Part shown: one piece after another, positions 36,879 through 46,678 of the stretch
Position numbering within the stretch: position 1 is the stretch's first letter
How the letters are laid out: every line of letters begins with the position of its first letter
Source: a virus
Strand: one strand, 5' to 3'
IMG/VR virus record: IMGVR_UViG_3300045999_011735
Location: 50,997 to 114,996 of that record
DNA length: 64,000 nt
Translations under genes and position numbers: made by a program
The notes under the pieces: generated by a model
What the model was told of the DNA's origin: nothing
Databases searched by the model: none
What the model saw: the letters and a program-made list of their open reading frames with translations, nothing else

Positions 36879-37543
36879 TTATATATTTTTTCCCAATCAA
36901 TTACTGGTGCAAGCCATTCTACTTCACAATGTGTTGATAAACTAGGTATTGGAGCTAAAACGCTTCTTCCTTTATATGCTGATAAATGTTCAAATCGGCC
37001 TCTATCACTTGGATTGCTAGTATGAATATCAAAGTCTTCATTAATTATTCTTTTAGATACTAATACACTACCTGTACTACTTGGAACTGTTTTCCAATGG
37101 TGTGTTTTAGTAGGAAGAATATATGAAGTTAATCCAGGATAGTGGTTTGGATTGTAAAAATCAGGATGATCATATAACGTTACATAATCAATATCTTCAT
37201 AAGTACTAAATAGTTCTTTTGCTTTAAAGGGCCATTCAGGTCTAAATGCATAGTCATTTTCAGCAAAGTATACTATATCGTCATCATTTAGATTTAAATT
37301 TTTAGCATAATTCCAAGTATAAAGATATGAAGCCCAATCAGATCCTCCCTTAAAAACCTCAGTACAATGTATTCTAGAATCATTAATTTGGCAATCACCA
37401 TCAAACATTAAGTGGAATTTAACAAAGTCTAATCCATCTATTGTTGATAATATATTATTTAAACTTTTTTCATATGAAAACCAGCTAGGTCTGTTTTTAC
37501 CAAACCCACTGTGATTAGTATGTCTATAAAGTATGTGTATCAT
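36875..37543 (-). CDS. GT-A fold glycosyltransferase-like protein
   Basis: VYFAENDY, TLYDHPD, PIPSLSTH. Confidence 0.7.
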   Translation of the reverse strand: MIHILYRHTNHSGFGKNRPSWFSYEKSLNNILSTIDGLDFVKFHLMFDGDCQINDSRIHCTEVFKGGSDWASYLYTWNYAKNLNLNDDDIVYFAENDYAFRPEWPFKAKELFSTYEDIDYVTLYDHPDFYNPNHYPGLTSYILPTKTHHWKTVPSSTGSVLVSKRIINEDFDIHTSNPSDRGRFEHLSAYKGRSVLAPIPSLSTHCEVEWLAPVIDWEKIYK

Positions 37544-38127
37544 TTTATTCTTTTTGCAGGTACACCAACATATATACCCGATTCTATAAGATCTGTTACT
37601 ACAGCCGCATTTGCTCCTATAGTAATAGATTCATTAATTATTAATTTTTCTCTTATAGAAGCATTGTTTCCCATATACACTTTATCTTGAATTTTAACAT
37701 TACCTGATACTATAGAACCAGGCATTGCGCTAAAATAGTCTCTAATTATACAATCATGTCCAATATGAACTGCTCTGTTCAATATTGCATGATCTCCTAT
37801 TTCTATATTATATGTTAATACACAATTAGCTCCTATAAAAGAGCCTTGTCCTATATTAACATAAGATAATACTAATGCCGATGGGTGAATATATGAAAAA
37901 TATTTTGTGTTTCCAGGGAGTTTATTAAACATTTCAGATCTATCTTGAGGTTTTGCTATTGCTATCATTACCTCATATTCTGTAGGGTCAAATTCAGATA
38001 ATGGAAATATATAATCGTTGTTTTCTTTCCAGTATTTATCATCTACAAAGCACTTCATTGTAAAATCTCCAATGTGTGCTCTTACTTCTTGAGCGTGTCC
38101 TCCAGCGCCTATTAATGCTCTTTTCAT
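37540..38127 (-). CDS. NeuD/PglD-type sugar acetyltransferase
   Basis: GAGGHA, IHPSA, hexapeptide repeats, GVPAK. Confidence 0.92.
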   Translation of the reverse strand: MKRALIGAGGHAQEVRAHIGDFTMKCFVDDKYWKENNDYIFPLSEFDPTEYEVMIAIAKPQDRSEMFNKLPGNTKYFSYIHPSALVLSYVNIGQGSFIGANCVLTYNIEIGDHAILNRAVHIGHDCIIRDYFSAMPGSIVSGNVKIQDKVYMGNNASIREKLIINESITIGANAAVVTDLIESGIYVGVPAKRIK

Positions 38128-38751
38128 TTAACTTTTATTTTGGTAGTACCAACAGTTATCATTATTAAAGACCTTTAAATTATTCTCATTAGCATAATCA
38201 TGCACTGCTCTACGTACAGTTTCCCATGTATAATCATCTCCGATTATATTTGCGTTTGGCCATAATTTATGAGTAATTTTAATATCATGTAAAACAGAAT
38301 CATAATCATGGTGCGCATCTATATAGACTAAATCAAAAGGAATATTCATTTTACCTAATATTTCTAAACCTTCTACTGTTTTAGCTCTAAGTGGGGTTAA
38401 ATGGTGTTTATGATCCCACATATTAACTAAAAACGTTTCCCACAATACACTAATTTGAGGCCATAATTCTTTTACTTGTTCGATACCAAATTCTTCTTGG
38501 ACATAATCGTTCATATCTTTACTCCAATGATCTATACACACTATATGAGCATCTGGGGCGTTTTCTGCTATGAATTTTGTTGAACCTGCTCCTGTCCAAC
38601 TTCCCATTTCTAGAATATATTTAGGTTTTAAATCTCTTATTACTGATTTTAGTATGTGGTGGTTTCCTATTCCAAACCAATTATGGCTATCTTTATTAAT
38701 ATTTGGTTTTTCACTAGGCCATTGAAACAGAGATTCTATTCGTTCTTTCAT
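38128..38751 (-). CDS. methyltransferase (Methyltransf_24-like)
   Basis: LEMGSWTG, VYIDAHHDY, GDDY. Confidence 0.88.
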   Translation of the reverse strand: MKERIESLFQWPSEKPNINKDSHNWFGIGNHHILKSVIRDLKPKYILEMGSWTGAGSTKFIAENAPDAHIVCIDHWSKDMNDYVQEEFGIEQVKELWPQISVLWETFLVNMWDHKHHLTPLRAKTVEGLEILGKMNIPFDLVYIDAHHDYDSVLHDIKITHKLWPNANIIGDDYTWETVRRAVHDYANENNLKVFNNDNCWYYQNKS

Positions 38752-39377
38752 TGTTTATAGATGTCAAATTTAGATAAATCTGGATATGGTAATTCTAAAT
38801 CAGTATTGTGCTTTTTGGTTCCATCTATATTATAGAATTGATTCATTAATAGTAATCCTCTAGCTGCTAACTCAGGCATCATATAGAAATTCCATCCTAG
38901 CATATCAAAATTATCATCATGATATGAACATTCTCTTCTACCACTATATCTTGCTCTTTTAAACCAGTGATATGCTTCTAAACTGTCAGTTAAGATAGCT
39001 CCACCTTTACTTAATTTAAAATGCTTATAAGGACCTGTAAATGAAACACACATATGAGTTCCTGGTTTGTACATGTCTGCTGTAAAGCATAAAGCACTGT
39101 CCCAAACATTAGTAGGTGCTAATTGATAAGCTCCTTTTAATGTTTTACCTTCTACAGGTGTAAATTTTACTTTAGCACCAGCATGAATAATTTCACAAGG
39201 TACAGATGGGTATGTACGAGCAGGGATTGTTACTTCTTTTCCTTTAACATTTTCAAACATTAAAGCCAAGAATAAAGCATTACTTTGGTTATCTACAGTT
39301 ACTACGTAAGGAGCACCTGTATAGTCAGCTAGTGCTTTTTCGAAATCTTCTGTTATTTTATAAATACCATTTGCCAT
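38748..39377 (-). CDS. short DegT/DnrJ/EryC1-family PLP aminotransferase
   Basis: FEKALADYTG, WDSA, SFTGPYK..GGAILTD, GWNFYM. Confidence 0.85.
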   Translation of the reverse strand: MANGIYKITEDFEKALADYTGAPYVVTVDNQSNALFLALMFENVKGKEVTIPARTYPSVPCEIIHAGAKVKFTPVEGKTLKGAYQLAPTNVWDSALCFTADMYKPGTHMCVSFTGPYKHFKLSKGGAILTDSLEAYHWFKRARYSGRRECSYHDDNFDMLGWNFYMMPELAARGLLLMNQFYNIDGTKKHNTDLELPYPDLSKFDIYKQ

Positions 39378-39380
39378 AAT

Positions 39381-40007
39381 CTATATTTTTTCGTAAAAAG
39401 CATTTTGTTTTTCTTGACGCTCAATTGTTTTAGAATGTACTAATTCATATCCTTTAGGTAAATTAGCTATTGTTTTCCAACCTGCAAGACGCTCGTGTAC
39501 TTTGTTAATCCACGTTATTTCCTTTTTATTAGCGCATATACGTGTTTGGAAATCAGGATAATTAACCCACCCATTATCATCTACAAACCATCTCCATTTA
39601 TCAATGTGATCACGAGTTAATCCTTCGACAGTATTAATTCTAGGTACGGCGATTAGATCTACTAAATCTTTATTCATGTCTAATATACCATGAATATTTT
39701 CAGCTAATCCATCACTTAGATATTCATCTGCATCAATAAAGAATACCCAATCACGTGTACAGTGGTTTTTAACATTATTTTTAAATGATGCAAAGTCACC
39801 ATTTAGTGAAGCGAATATTCTATGATATTCAAAAGATTGTCCAACATTATATTTGTTGGCTACTTTTTTAACCTCGTCTGTAGCAGTTGAATCTAATTGA
39901 ACCATTATTTCATCACCTGGTTTGATGATGGTTACTAGTTGATCTAGTAAACGCTCTAGTTCAACATGTTCATTCCATGCTGTAATTGCAAAACTAATTG
40001 TAGACAT
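39381..40007 (-). CDS. glycosyltransferase family 2
   Basis: FIDADE, YPDFQTR, VHE. Confidence 0.9.
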   Translation of the reverse strand: MSTISFAITAWNEHVELERLLDQLVTIIKPGDEIMVQLDSTATDEVKKVANKYNVGQSFEYHRIFASLNGDFASFKNNVKNHCTRDWVFFIDADEYLSDGLAENIHGILDMNKDLVDLIAVPRINTVEGLTRDHIDKWRWFVDDNGWVNYPDFQTRICANKKEITWINKVHERLAGWKTIANLPKGYELVHSKTIERQEKQNAFYEKI

Positions 40008-40010
40008 AAC

Positions 40011-40256
40011 TTAGTCATTTAATAACTCTTTTTTAGATTCATTAGATACTGAATTTGTATCTGTTGATACCCACTGTTTATATTTTTCAGCAGCACTTAG
40101 TAAGGTTTCATTTGGTTCATAGTCATAATAGATAACATCATCATTTACTTCTTTGATTTTTTCCTTTAACATGTCCCATTGAGCTGGGGTTATGTTATGA
40201 TGATGTGCTCCTTCCATGAATCCTTTAAACCAAATTACAAAGTCTCTACTTGTCAT
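40011..40256 (-). CDS. hypothetical protein
   Basis: ORF; FVIWFKGFME. Confidence 0.7.
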   Translation of the reverse strand: MTSRDFVIWFKGFMEGAHHHNITPAQWDMLKEKIKEVNDDVIYYDYEPNETLLSAAEKYKQWVSTDTNSVSNESKKELLND

Positions 40257-40684
40257 AACGAATTTAATTTTAAAATAGCAGATGCAAATGATTCTCTTGG
40301 AAAATGTTCCATTAAACTCATATCAATTCTATGAGTTTGATTTTTTGGAAAACGTGCTTTTTCCTCTTCTTTAATTGGTACTAATGGAGCAACTGTCCAT
40401 TTCCAAGCATCTTTATTACTTCCATTTGGAAATAATATACCTTTTTCAGCTATATTGATTGTACTTGGATACCATACGAATCCATCTTTATCTACTATTT
40501 CTAAATCTTTAATTAGTTCTGGGAGTGATTCTTTTGCATTTGTTACAAAGTCGCTGTCCTGTACCATGTGTGAAGTGCTTCCGTATCCACAATTAAAACA
40601 CATCCATTGAATGAATTGTTCATGATGATACTCATAACACATTTCAGCGTCACAACATGGACACTTAATTAAATTGTCAGTCAT
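40253..40684 (-). CDS. Zn-ribbon protein
   Basis: CPCC and CFNCG. Confidence 0.7.
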   Translation of the reverse strand: MTDNLIKCPCCDAEMCYEYHHEQFIQWMCFNCGYGSTSHMVQDSDFVTNAKESLPELIKDLEIVDKDGFVWYPSTINIAEKGILFPNGSNKDAWKWTVAPLVPIKEEEKARFPKNQTHRIDMSLMEHFPRESFASAILKLNSL

Positions 40685-40707
40685 AATATAAAGGTATAAA
40701 CTATATT

Positions 40708-40893
40708 TTAGAATCCAAACAACTTCTTAATTTTATCTAATAAAGATGTTTTTATTTCAACATCACGATTAGATACAAATGGAGTTGTTTCTGGAGCAAG
40801 AACTGGAAGTTCAACATTCTTTTTCTTTGATGTTGGTTTCTTTGCAGTTGTTGCTTTTTTAGTTGTTACCTTTTTTGTGGTTTTCTTTTCCAT
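40708..40893 (-). CDS. Lys/Thr-rich small basic protein
   Basis: KKTTKKVTTKKATTAKKPTSKKK; amphipathic C-terminus. Confidence 0.65.
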   Translation of the reverse strand: MEKKTTKKVTTKKATTAKKPTSKKKNVELPVLAPETTPFVSNRDVEIKTSLLDKIKKLFGF

Positions 40894-40921
40894 GATTGAT
40901 TTGTTTGTATATAAATATAGA

Positions 40922-42223
40922 TTATTGTTCTATCTTTTTAAGTTTAGGCAACTTAAGTTCAACTTGTTTTGGAAATTCAGGAGTATACTTTTTAAGTAAT
41001 TCGTCTAACACCTCAACCATTTTGTCAAATGAGAAATTTTGTTTATTTCTGTATGCGAGGCGTTTTGCTTTTTCTTGATATTCTTTATAGTTGGTAAATA
41101 CATCCATTAAAGCATGTCCTGATTGGTTATCATCAGGTTTGAACCACATTGATTCAGCCAATATTGTATTAGCAACAGCCGCACTTGGGTGTACTTGATT
41201 TAATGTACCTCCTACTAAGCCACAGAGTTCAGAATTTAAGAAATCTAAATGCCCACTCCATCCACTAGCAATAATTGGTTTTCCAATAACACTAAATTCA
41301 AGTAACGGGCGTCCAAATCCTTCACCTTTAGTAAAGGACACCATTGCTTTTACTTTTGGGTGGTTGTATATGCAATTTACTTCATCATCACTCAAATCAC
41401 CATGGATTAAGTAGATATTAGGTATATCTTTTGAATTTACTGTTTTTCTAATATCATCTATCTTCTTCAAAATATTGTCTCTATCTATAATTGAAGGAGC
41501 ACCTTGTGATACTTTTAAAATTAGTCCTGGTTTGTTTTTCTTTCCTTTAAATACTTCAAGGAATGCTTTAATCATGTATCCAACATTCTTTCTATCTTCA
41601 GCATAGTCACCTTGCAACCAGTGCCCTACAAATAAGTAACAGAATTCTTCTTTAATTGTATTTAAATCATCATAAATGTCAAAATCAACAATATCGTCCG
41701 ATTTAAAATATTTATTTAAATCAGCACCTTCAAATAATATTTCAAGTGGTTTTTTTAATTCAATTACGTTTACTAATTGACCATTTGGTGCTTTCTGTTC
41801 AAATTTACTACTTTGAAATACTTTTTTAGAATGATCAGATGATACTAAATTTAGAGTCATTCTATTACAACCTTCAATCCAACTAGGATCGCATGTTGTA
41901 GTTTCAATACCTGCTGTAACACCAATATTGAATTTACCTAATGGTTGAAATTCATTTGGTACTGTAATTTGGATCCATACTTCAGGTTGTTTAGGAACAC
42001 TCATTGTTAGTTTTCCAATGATTCTATTTTTCAAATCTTCTTCTTCAGCAATGTTTGTATCTAAAGCACCGAATGGTGTTTGTCCCCATCTTTGAGATAA
42101 TATTTTAATATCCCATTCTTCACCTTTAATTTTGATAAGTGATTTTACAAAATCACGAGATCTAGCTCCGTATCCACTATACGTGTCAATAGGGCAACTT
42201 ACTATACAAAGTGGTTTACTCAT
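40922..42223 (-). CDS. glycosyltransferase family 4 (GT-B)
   Basis: SGYG, GEGFGRPLLE, GWSGHLDF. Confidence 0.9.
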   Translation of the reverse strand: MSKPLCIVSCPIDTYSGYGARSRDFVKSLIKIKGEEWDIKILSQRWGQTPFGALDTNIAEEEDLKNRIIGKLTMSVPKQPEVWIQITVPNEFQPLGKFNIGVTAGIETTTCDPSWIEGCNRMTLNLVSSDHSKKVFQSSKFEQKAPNGQLVNVIELKKPLEILFEGADLNKYFKSDDIVDFDIYDDLNTIKEEFCYLFVGHWLQGDYAEDRKNVGYMIKAFLEVFKGKKNKPGLILKVSQGAPSIIDRDNILKKIDDIRKTVNSKDIPNIYLIHGDLSDDEVNCIYNHPKVKAMVSFTKGEGFGRPLLEFSVIGKPIIASGWSGHLDFLNSELCGLVGGTLNQVHPSAAVANTILAESMWFKPDDNQSGHALMDVFTNYKEYQEKAKRLAYRNKQNFSFDKMVEVLDELLKKYTPEFPKQVELKLPKLKKIEQ

Positions 42224-43662
42224 AACGAAATTACAGTTTTATTTTGTTTTGCAGGTAATTCTTCAATTTTTATAAAATTATAACATTCTCTAGGCTCCCA
42301 TTTTTCAAGAGTTTTATCAATATATTTGATAACATTTTTAGCCATATTTTTAGATGTCATCATTGCTTCATCTGATGTAACCCATTTACGAGCGGCTTCT
42401 CCTCTACGTTTACGTTCATCAGAACTTAATTCATATAGTGCTTTTATTTGAGCAGCTGCATCTCTAAAATCAGCTCTATCATCAAAGATATAAGGTGTTG
42501 GGACTGAACCTACAAGAGATAAATTTGATGGAAATACTGGGAAGGCCCATTCACCACATTTTTTATATTTTCCAAAATGGTTTGATCCAAATTCTTCAGT
42601 GAATTTAATCCATTCACCATTTTCATCTTCAAAGCGCATTTGGTCTTGCATACCACCAGTTACGTTGGCAATGATTGGTTTTCCACACATCATAGCTTCA
42701 GTTAAACTTAATCCCCATCCTTCATTCGATGAAATCAAAATACAAGCATCCATTGAATTGTATAGTAAATTCATTTGTTCAGGAACAAATCTATTTAATC
42801 CTGTAATTAATACATTTGGAGGATTTTTACCCCAAATCATTTCAATTACAGCAGGAATATCTGTTCCGTTTTCATCTACAGGGTGTGTATGAGCTATAAA
42901 TGCTACTTTATCTTTTTTATCTTCTGGAAGTTGGTCTACAAATAATTTCCAAGCTAATAGTACATCTGGGAATGATTTGCGTCTAATGTTTCTAGAGTTA
43001 AATCCTAAAACAAAGTCAAATTCTTTTTTTCCAAATATGTTCTTTTTAAACTCTTCAAGTTCTTTTCCTTTATCTGTTCCTTCCTGAATAGGGAAGAATA
43101 CATCTTCATTTATACCATGAGGCACATATCCTATTACTTTGTCTTTGGCTTTATCACCTAACACAGCATGATTTAAGTTTTCAGTCTGTTTAGAAATAGC
43201 TAATAAACCATCACATGATTCGTAATATGGTCTGTTGTAAAGTGGATAAGGCAATGAATCCCAAATGTTCAAATAAATAATTGGAACTTGAGAACGTATC
43301 TCTCTTTCATGCATCCACAACCAAATCCAATAACGTGGATCTGTAAACAACATGATTGCGTCTGGTTTTTCAACTTCAAGTAATGCTCTAATGGCTTCAA
43401 TAGTTCCATATCCAGAACTAGGGTATAATGTTACTTGAGCATCTTCAATTCCATTAAATTTATTTGCATCTGCACTTAAATCTAATTTTTTACCTTCGTC
43501 TGGGTGTTTGATTGTACTACCTAAATTTATCCAATTGTAGTAATGGCAGGTACCTAAAATCATTTCCCTTGCCATAGTTGCAATACCAGAAGTTGTTCTG
43601 ATATCATCTGATAATAGTAAAATCTTTTTACGTTGTGCTTGTGGAATGTAACCTTCTTTCAT
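42220..43662 (-). CDS. glycosyltransferase family 4 (GT-B)
   Basis: RNIRRK, NEGWGLSLTEAMMCG. Confidence 0.9.
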   Translation of the reverse strand: MKEGYIPQAQRKKILLLSDDIRTTSGIATMAREMILGTCHYYNWINLGSTIKHPDEGKKLDLSADANKFNGIEDAQVTLYPSSGYGTIEAIRALLEVEKPDAIMLFTDPRYWIWLWMHEREIRSQVPIIYLNIWDSLPYPLYNRPYYESCDGLLAISKQTENLNHAVLGDKAKDKVIGYVPHGINEDVFFPIQEGTDKGKELEEFKKNIFGKKEFDFVLGFNSRNIRRKSFPDVLLAWKLFVDQLPEDKKDKVAFIAHTHPVDENGTDIPAVIEMIWGKNPPNVLITGLNRFVPEQMNLLYNSMDACILISSNEGWGLSLTEAMMCGKPIIANVTGGMQDQMRFEDENGEWIKFTEEFGSNHFGKYKKCGEWAFPVFPSNLSLVGSVPTPYIFDDRADFRDAAAQIKALYELSSDERKRRGEAARKWVTSDEAMMTSKNMAKNVIKYIDKTLEKWEPRECYNFIKIEELPAKQNKTVISL

Positions 43663-43679
43663 AATAATTTTTAAAAGTA

Positions 43680-43883
43680 TTAAAGACTACCACTCATTAT
43701 TAATTCAGTGTGGTTGTGTAATTGTTTGCGAAATTCTTCACTGCTCAAATACAAATGAATTGCTCTATTTGTTAACTTTTGTAAGTTAAATTTGTTTTTG
43801 ATACTTGCAACTTTAAATTCTTCAAACAAGTCTTGATGTACTTTTACACTCGTAAGTGTTAATTTTTCATTTTTGCTTGCCAT
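43680..43883 (-). CDS. ribbon-helix-helix-like DNA-binding protein
   Basis: LTSVKV strand followed by two helices. Confidence 0.6.
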   Translation of the reverse strand: MASKNEKLTLTSVKVHQDLFEEFKVASIKNKFNLQKLTNRAIHLYLSSEEFRKQLHNHTELIMSGSL

Positions 43884-43916
43884 AAACTATATATTTTGAT
43901 ATAAATATATATTCCT

Positions 43917-44858
43917 TTAAAAAGAATTTAACTTGTTACAAAGAGAGGGATTGTTGTTAAATTGGCACCATTTACATAAAGGTCCTACTTGTTTTAGGTG
44001 TTCTTTAACTAATGGTTTTCCATCTTTATCAAAACAATCTTCTATAAATGTACGAAAGCCTTCTAATGTAGCCGAACGTTTTCTTGGGCCTGATGCAGGA
44101 GTGAATGTTTGAATCCTAGGAATCGGATATTCACTGTTTTCCCATATTTTACGCTTCACAATGAAGAATTCAACTTCAATTTTATCTATATCCCAATTGA
44201 ATAATTTACTAAAGTATTCTTTATAAAGTAATATTTGTGATGTTTTAGTTTCGTTTCGTTTATCCTCGTCTCTCCATCCACGTTTTGAGGTTTTAATATC
44301 GTAAATACAAATGGTGTCTGTATTTTCATTATATAGTATAAAATCGATAAAACCCCTAAATTTAACATTAGGATAATTTTCATGCGGAGTATATGCTAAA
44401 GGAAATTCAATTCCTATAAGGTGAGTTTTACGAGATGAAAAATATTCTCCTCGTTTTTTAAGGAAAAATTCTATTATTTCTCTTCCATCCTCGAAGTATT
44501 CAGCCATTTCAGCTGCTGAGGAGAAGTGTGTTTTGTGATTTTGTTCGAATCCTGTTTTGTATTCTTCCCTAAATGTGTTTTCAAACAGGCCTATAATATC
44601 TTCCCTGTCAGCAGCTGCTCCACTTTGTTCATACATTACTTTAAGGTAATGCTGTAATGCTGTATGCATTGCTGTTCCAAATGTAAGTTCAATGCTTGGG
44701 GGGTTCTTATGTTTATCTACACTTTGAAGCTTCCACTTGTGTGGGCATTGCTTCCAAGTAGAATACTGTGAATATGAAACTATTTTTTCTTTACTCCAAT
44801 CAATCTCTGTTTCTTTATGCTCGAGTAGAGGCTTTAGATGCTTTGGTAGTTTTTTCAT
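43917..44858 (-). CDS. PD-(D/E)XK RecB/Cas4-like exonuclease
   Basis: SYSQ..CP, GTAMH, GFID, DIKTS, Q..Y, CKWC..C. Confidence 0.88.
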   Translation of the reverse strand: MKKLPKHLKPLLEHKETEIDWSKEKIVSYSQYSTWKQCPHKWKLQSVDKHKNPPSIELTFGTAMHTALQHYLKVMYEQSGAAADREDIIGLFENTFREEYKTGFEQNHKTHFSSAAEMAEYFEDGREIIEFFLKKRGEYFSSRKTHLIGIEFPLAYTPHENYPNVKFRGFIDFILYNENTDTICIYDIKTSKRGWRDEDKRNETKTSQILLYKEYFSKLFNWDIDKIEVEFFIVKRKIWENSEYPIPRIQTFTPASGPRKRSATLEGFRTFIEDCFDKDGKPLVKEHLKQVGPLCKWCQFNNNPSLCNKLNSF

Positions 44859-45267
44859 CTTTCAATAACTTTTTTATTTCATCATCGTCTATTCCTCTGC
44901 TACTTAAGATGTTTTTTACTTCATCTTTATTTAATATATGGAGATATTCTTTTATCTCTCTAGTTGATATTTGGTAATGATTAGCTAAAGTATCTAATAA
45001 TTCACTATTTACTTTAGATTTAGTTGATTTAATATATTTTGCAAATACCTTATTTTCAGGTAAATACTTACAGTATATTAAATATATTTGATCAGGTTTT
45101 AATTGCCAAAACTGTTGTAGATAATTGGCTAATTCAAGATATGGTTCATACATTGATACAAGTCTATGCATCATGTAAGGATTAAATGTCGCTTTGTCCT
45201 CTTCACTAAATGAGGACCAAGGATCCTTAATGTACGTAACCTGTTTAAACCAATCAAATATTGTCAT
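44815..45267 (-). CDS. clamp loader small subunit (gp62-like)
   Basis: FNPYMMHRLVSM; context. Confidence 0.75.
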   Translation of the reverse strand: MTIFDWFKQVTYIKDPWSSFSEEDKATFNPYMMHRLVSMYEPYLELANYLQQFWQLKPDQIYLIYCKYLPENKVFAKYIKSTKSKVNSELLDTLANHYQISTREIKEYLHILNKDEVKNILSSRGIDDDEIKKLLKDEKTTKASKASTRA

Positions 45268-45270
45268 TTA

Positions 45271-45489
45271 TTACTTATCTTTAGGCATAAATTCAGCATT
45301 TACATGTCCACATTTAGAACAAGTAAATACTGGAATAGGCATAAGTGCATCTTGTGCTGTACCTGTTACGAAACGAGATATTTTACGTAACATTACTCCT
45401 TCGATAAACACTTCGTTTTCACATTCTTCACACTTAATAGGCGTTGTATCTTTTAACGCCACGTTCATGTTTAATTGCTGTTGGTTCAT
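45271..45489 (-). CDS. Zn-ribbon protein
   Basis: CEEC and CSKCGH. Confidence 0.75.
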   Translation of the reverse strand: MNQQQLNMNVALKDTTPIKCEECENEVFIEGVMLRKISRFVTGTAQDALMPIPVFTCSKCGHVNAEFMPKDK

Positions 45490-45764
45490 TTTGATTTTGT
45501 TTTAGAAAACCCTTGTTTTAAAGGTTCTATGTTTTTAGGTTCATCTTTTAAAAATTCTGCCTTAACTGCTCTCCAATAATTTATATGGTTTGTATCTTTT
45601 TTTCTAGCTTCATCTACTTCTTCTTCTGAAAAGCGAGAATAGTTCATTTTTTCTAAAGAACCAATAAGACCACTTATAAAAGCAATGACTTGTTCTTTAT
45701 TTTGTTTCTTTAAATGGTTTGCTTGTTCTACTGGGGATGCAGTTGTTGTATCTAGTAAATTCAT
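45486..45764 (-). CDS. hypothetical protein
   Basis: ORF. Confidence 0.65.
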   Translation of the reverse strand: MNLLDTTTASPVEQANHLKKQNKEQVIAFISGLIGSLEKMNYSRFSEEEVDEARKKDTNHINYWRAVKAEFLKDEPKNIEPLKQGFSKTKSK

Positions 45765-45766
45765 AG

Positions 45767-46678
45767 TTATTTTATTTTTAGTATCTGTGATATAAACGCC
45801 ATGAAGTTAATTTCTTTATCGGCAATACTGTTATTTTGCCATAAATATTGGGCTGAATGGATTGCTATATCGGCAGGTGCATTTGAATATTCAGTTACAC
45901 GTTCGTATAAACCGGTAAATAATGGTACATAATCATTTATGTCTGCGTCTGCTATTGTTTGTCTGATATCAGTCCATGCTGTTTTGCTCTTTGATTTTAG
46001 GTGCTTTATAACGTCATTTAAAACACCTTCAACATTAGCAACTAATGCTCCTGGATTTAAATTATTACTGTCATCTACTGATTGTTGAGATGCATTAATA
46101 ATTTTTCTAATGTCAGGATAATATGTTTTAACTAGAGCAGCAATGTCTGTTAATTCATATTTTACTTTTTCTTGATCTAAAAGCCAAGCTAAATGTTTTG
46201 CAACATCGCCTTTAGCAGGTGGTTCAATATGAAATGTTTGGCATCTGCTCTTAAGTGGATCAATAATACGTTCAGCATAGTTAGCTGTAAGTATAAATCG
46301 TGTTTTTGCAGAATATGTTTCCATTACATTACGCAATGCGGCTTGTGCTTGAGCAGTAATATAATCGGCTTCATCCAATATTACTACTTTAAGTGGATTA
46401 AAACTATTTACAGAGGCAAAATCAACGATTTTATCTCTAATAGTGTCAATACCTCTTTCATCAGATGCGTTAATATACATTATATCACACTTGATATTTT
46501 TAGTAATTAACTTAGCTAATGTTGTTTTACCTGTACCAGGTTTTCCAAATAGCAGTAAATGAGGAATATCATTTGTAGTGATACATTTAGAAATGAAGGC
46601 TTTTACACCCTCATTTCCAACGTATGTATCTAGTGTTTGGCTACGATATTTCTCAACCCATAGGGAATTGTTCGCCAT
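45767..46678 (-). CDS. clamp loader AAA+ subunit (gp44/RFC-like)
   Basis: WVEKYR, GKPGTGKT, NASDERG, DEAD, SRC. Confidence 0.95.
   Translation of the reverse strand: MANNSLWVEKYRSQTLDTYVGNEGVKAFISKCITTNDIPHLLLFGKPGTGKTTLAKLITKNIKCDIMYINASDERGIDTIRDKIVDFASVNSFNPLKVVILDEADYITAQAQAALRNVMETYSAKTRFILTANYAERIIDPLKSRCQTFHIEPPAKGDVAKHLAWLLDQEKVKYELTDIAALVKTYYPDIRKIINASQQSVDDSNNLNPGALVANVEGVLNDVIKHLKSKSKTAWTDIRQTIADADINDYVPLFTGLYERVTEYSNAPADIAIHSAQYLWQNNSIADKEINFMAFISQILKIK

Noticed and set aside
43917-44858. Cas4-like nuclease as evidence of CRISPR-Cas
   Set aside because: No array or other cas genes; sits in a replication operon
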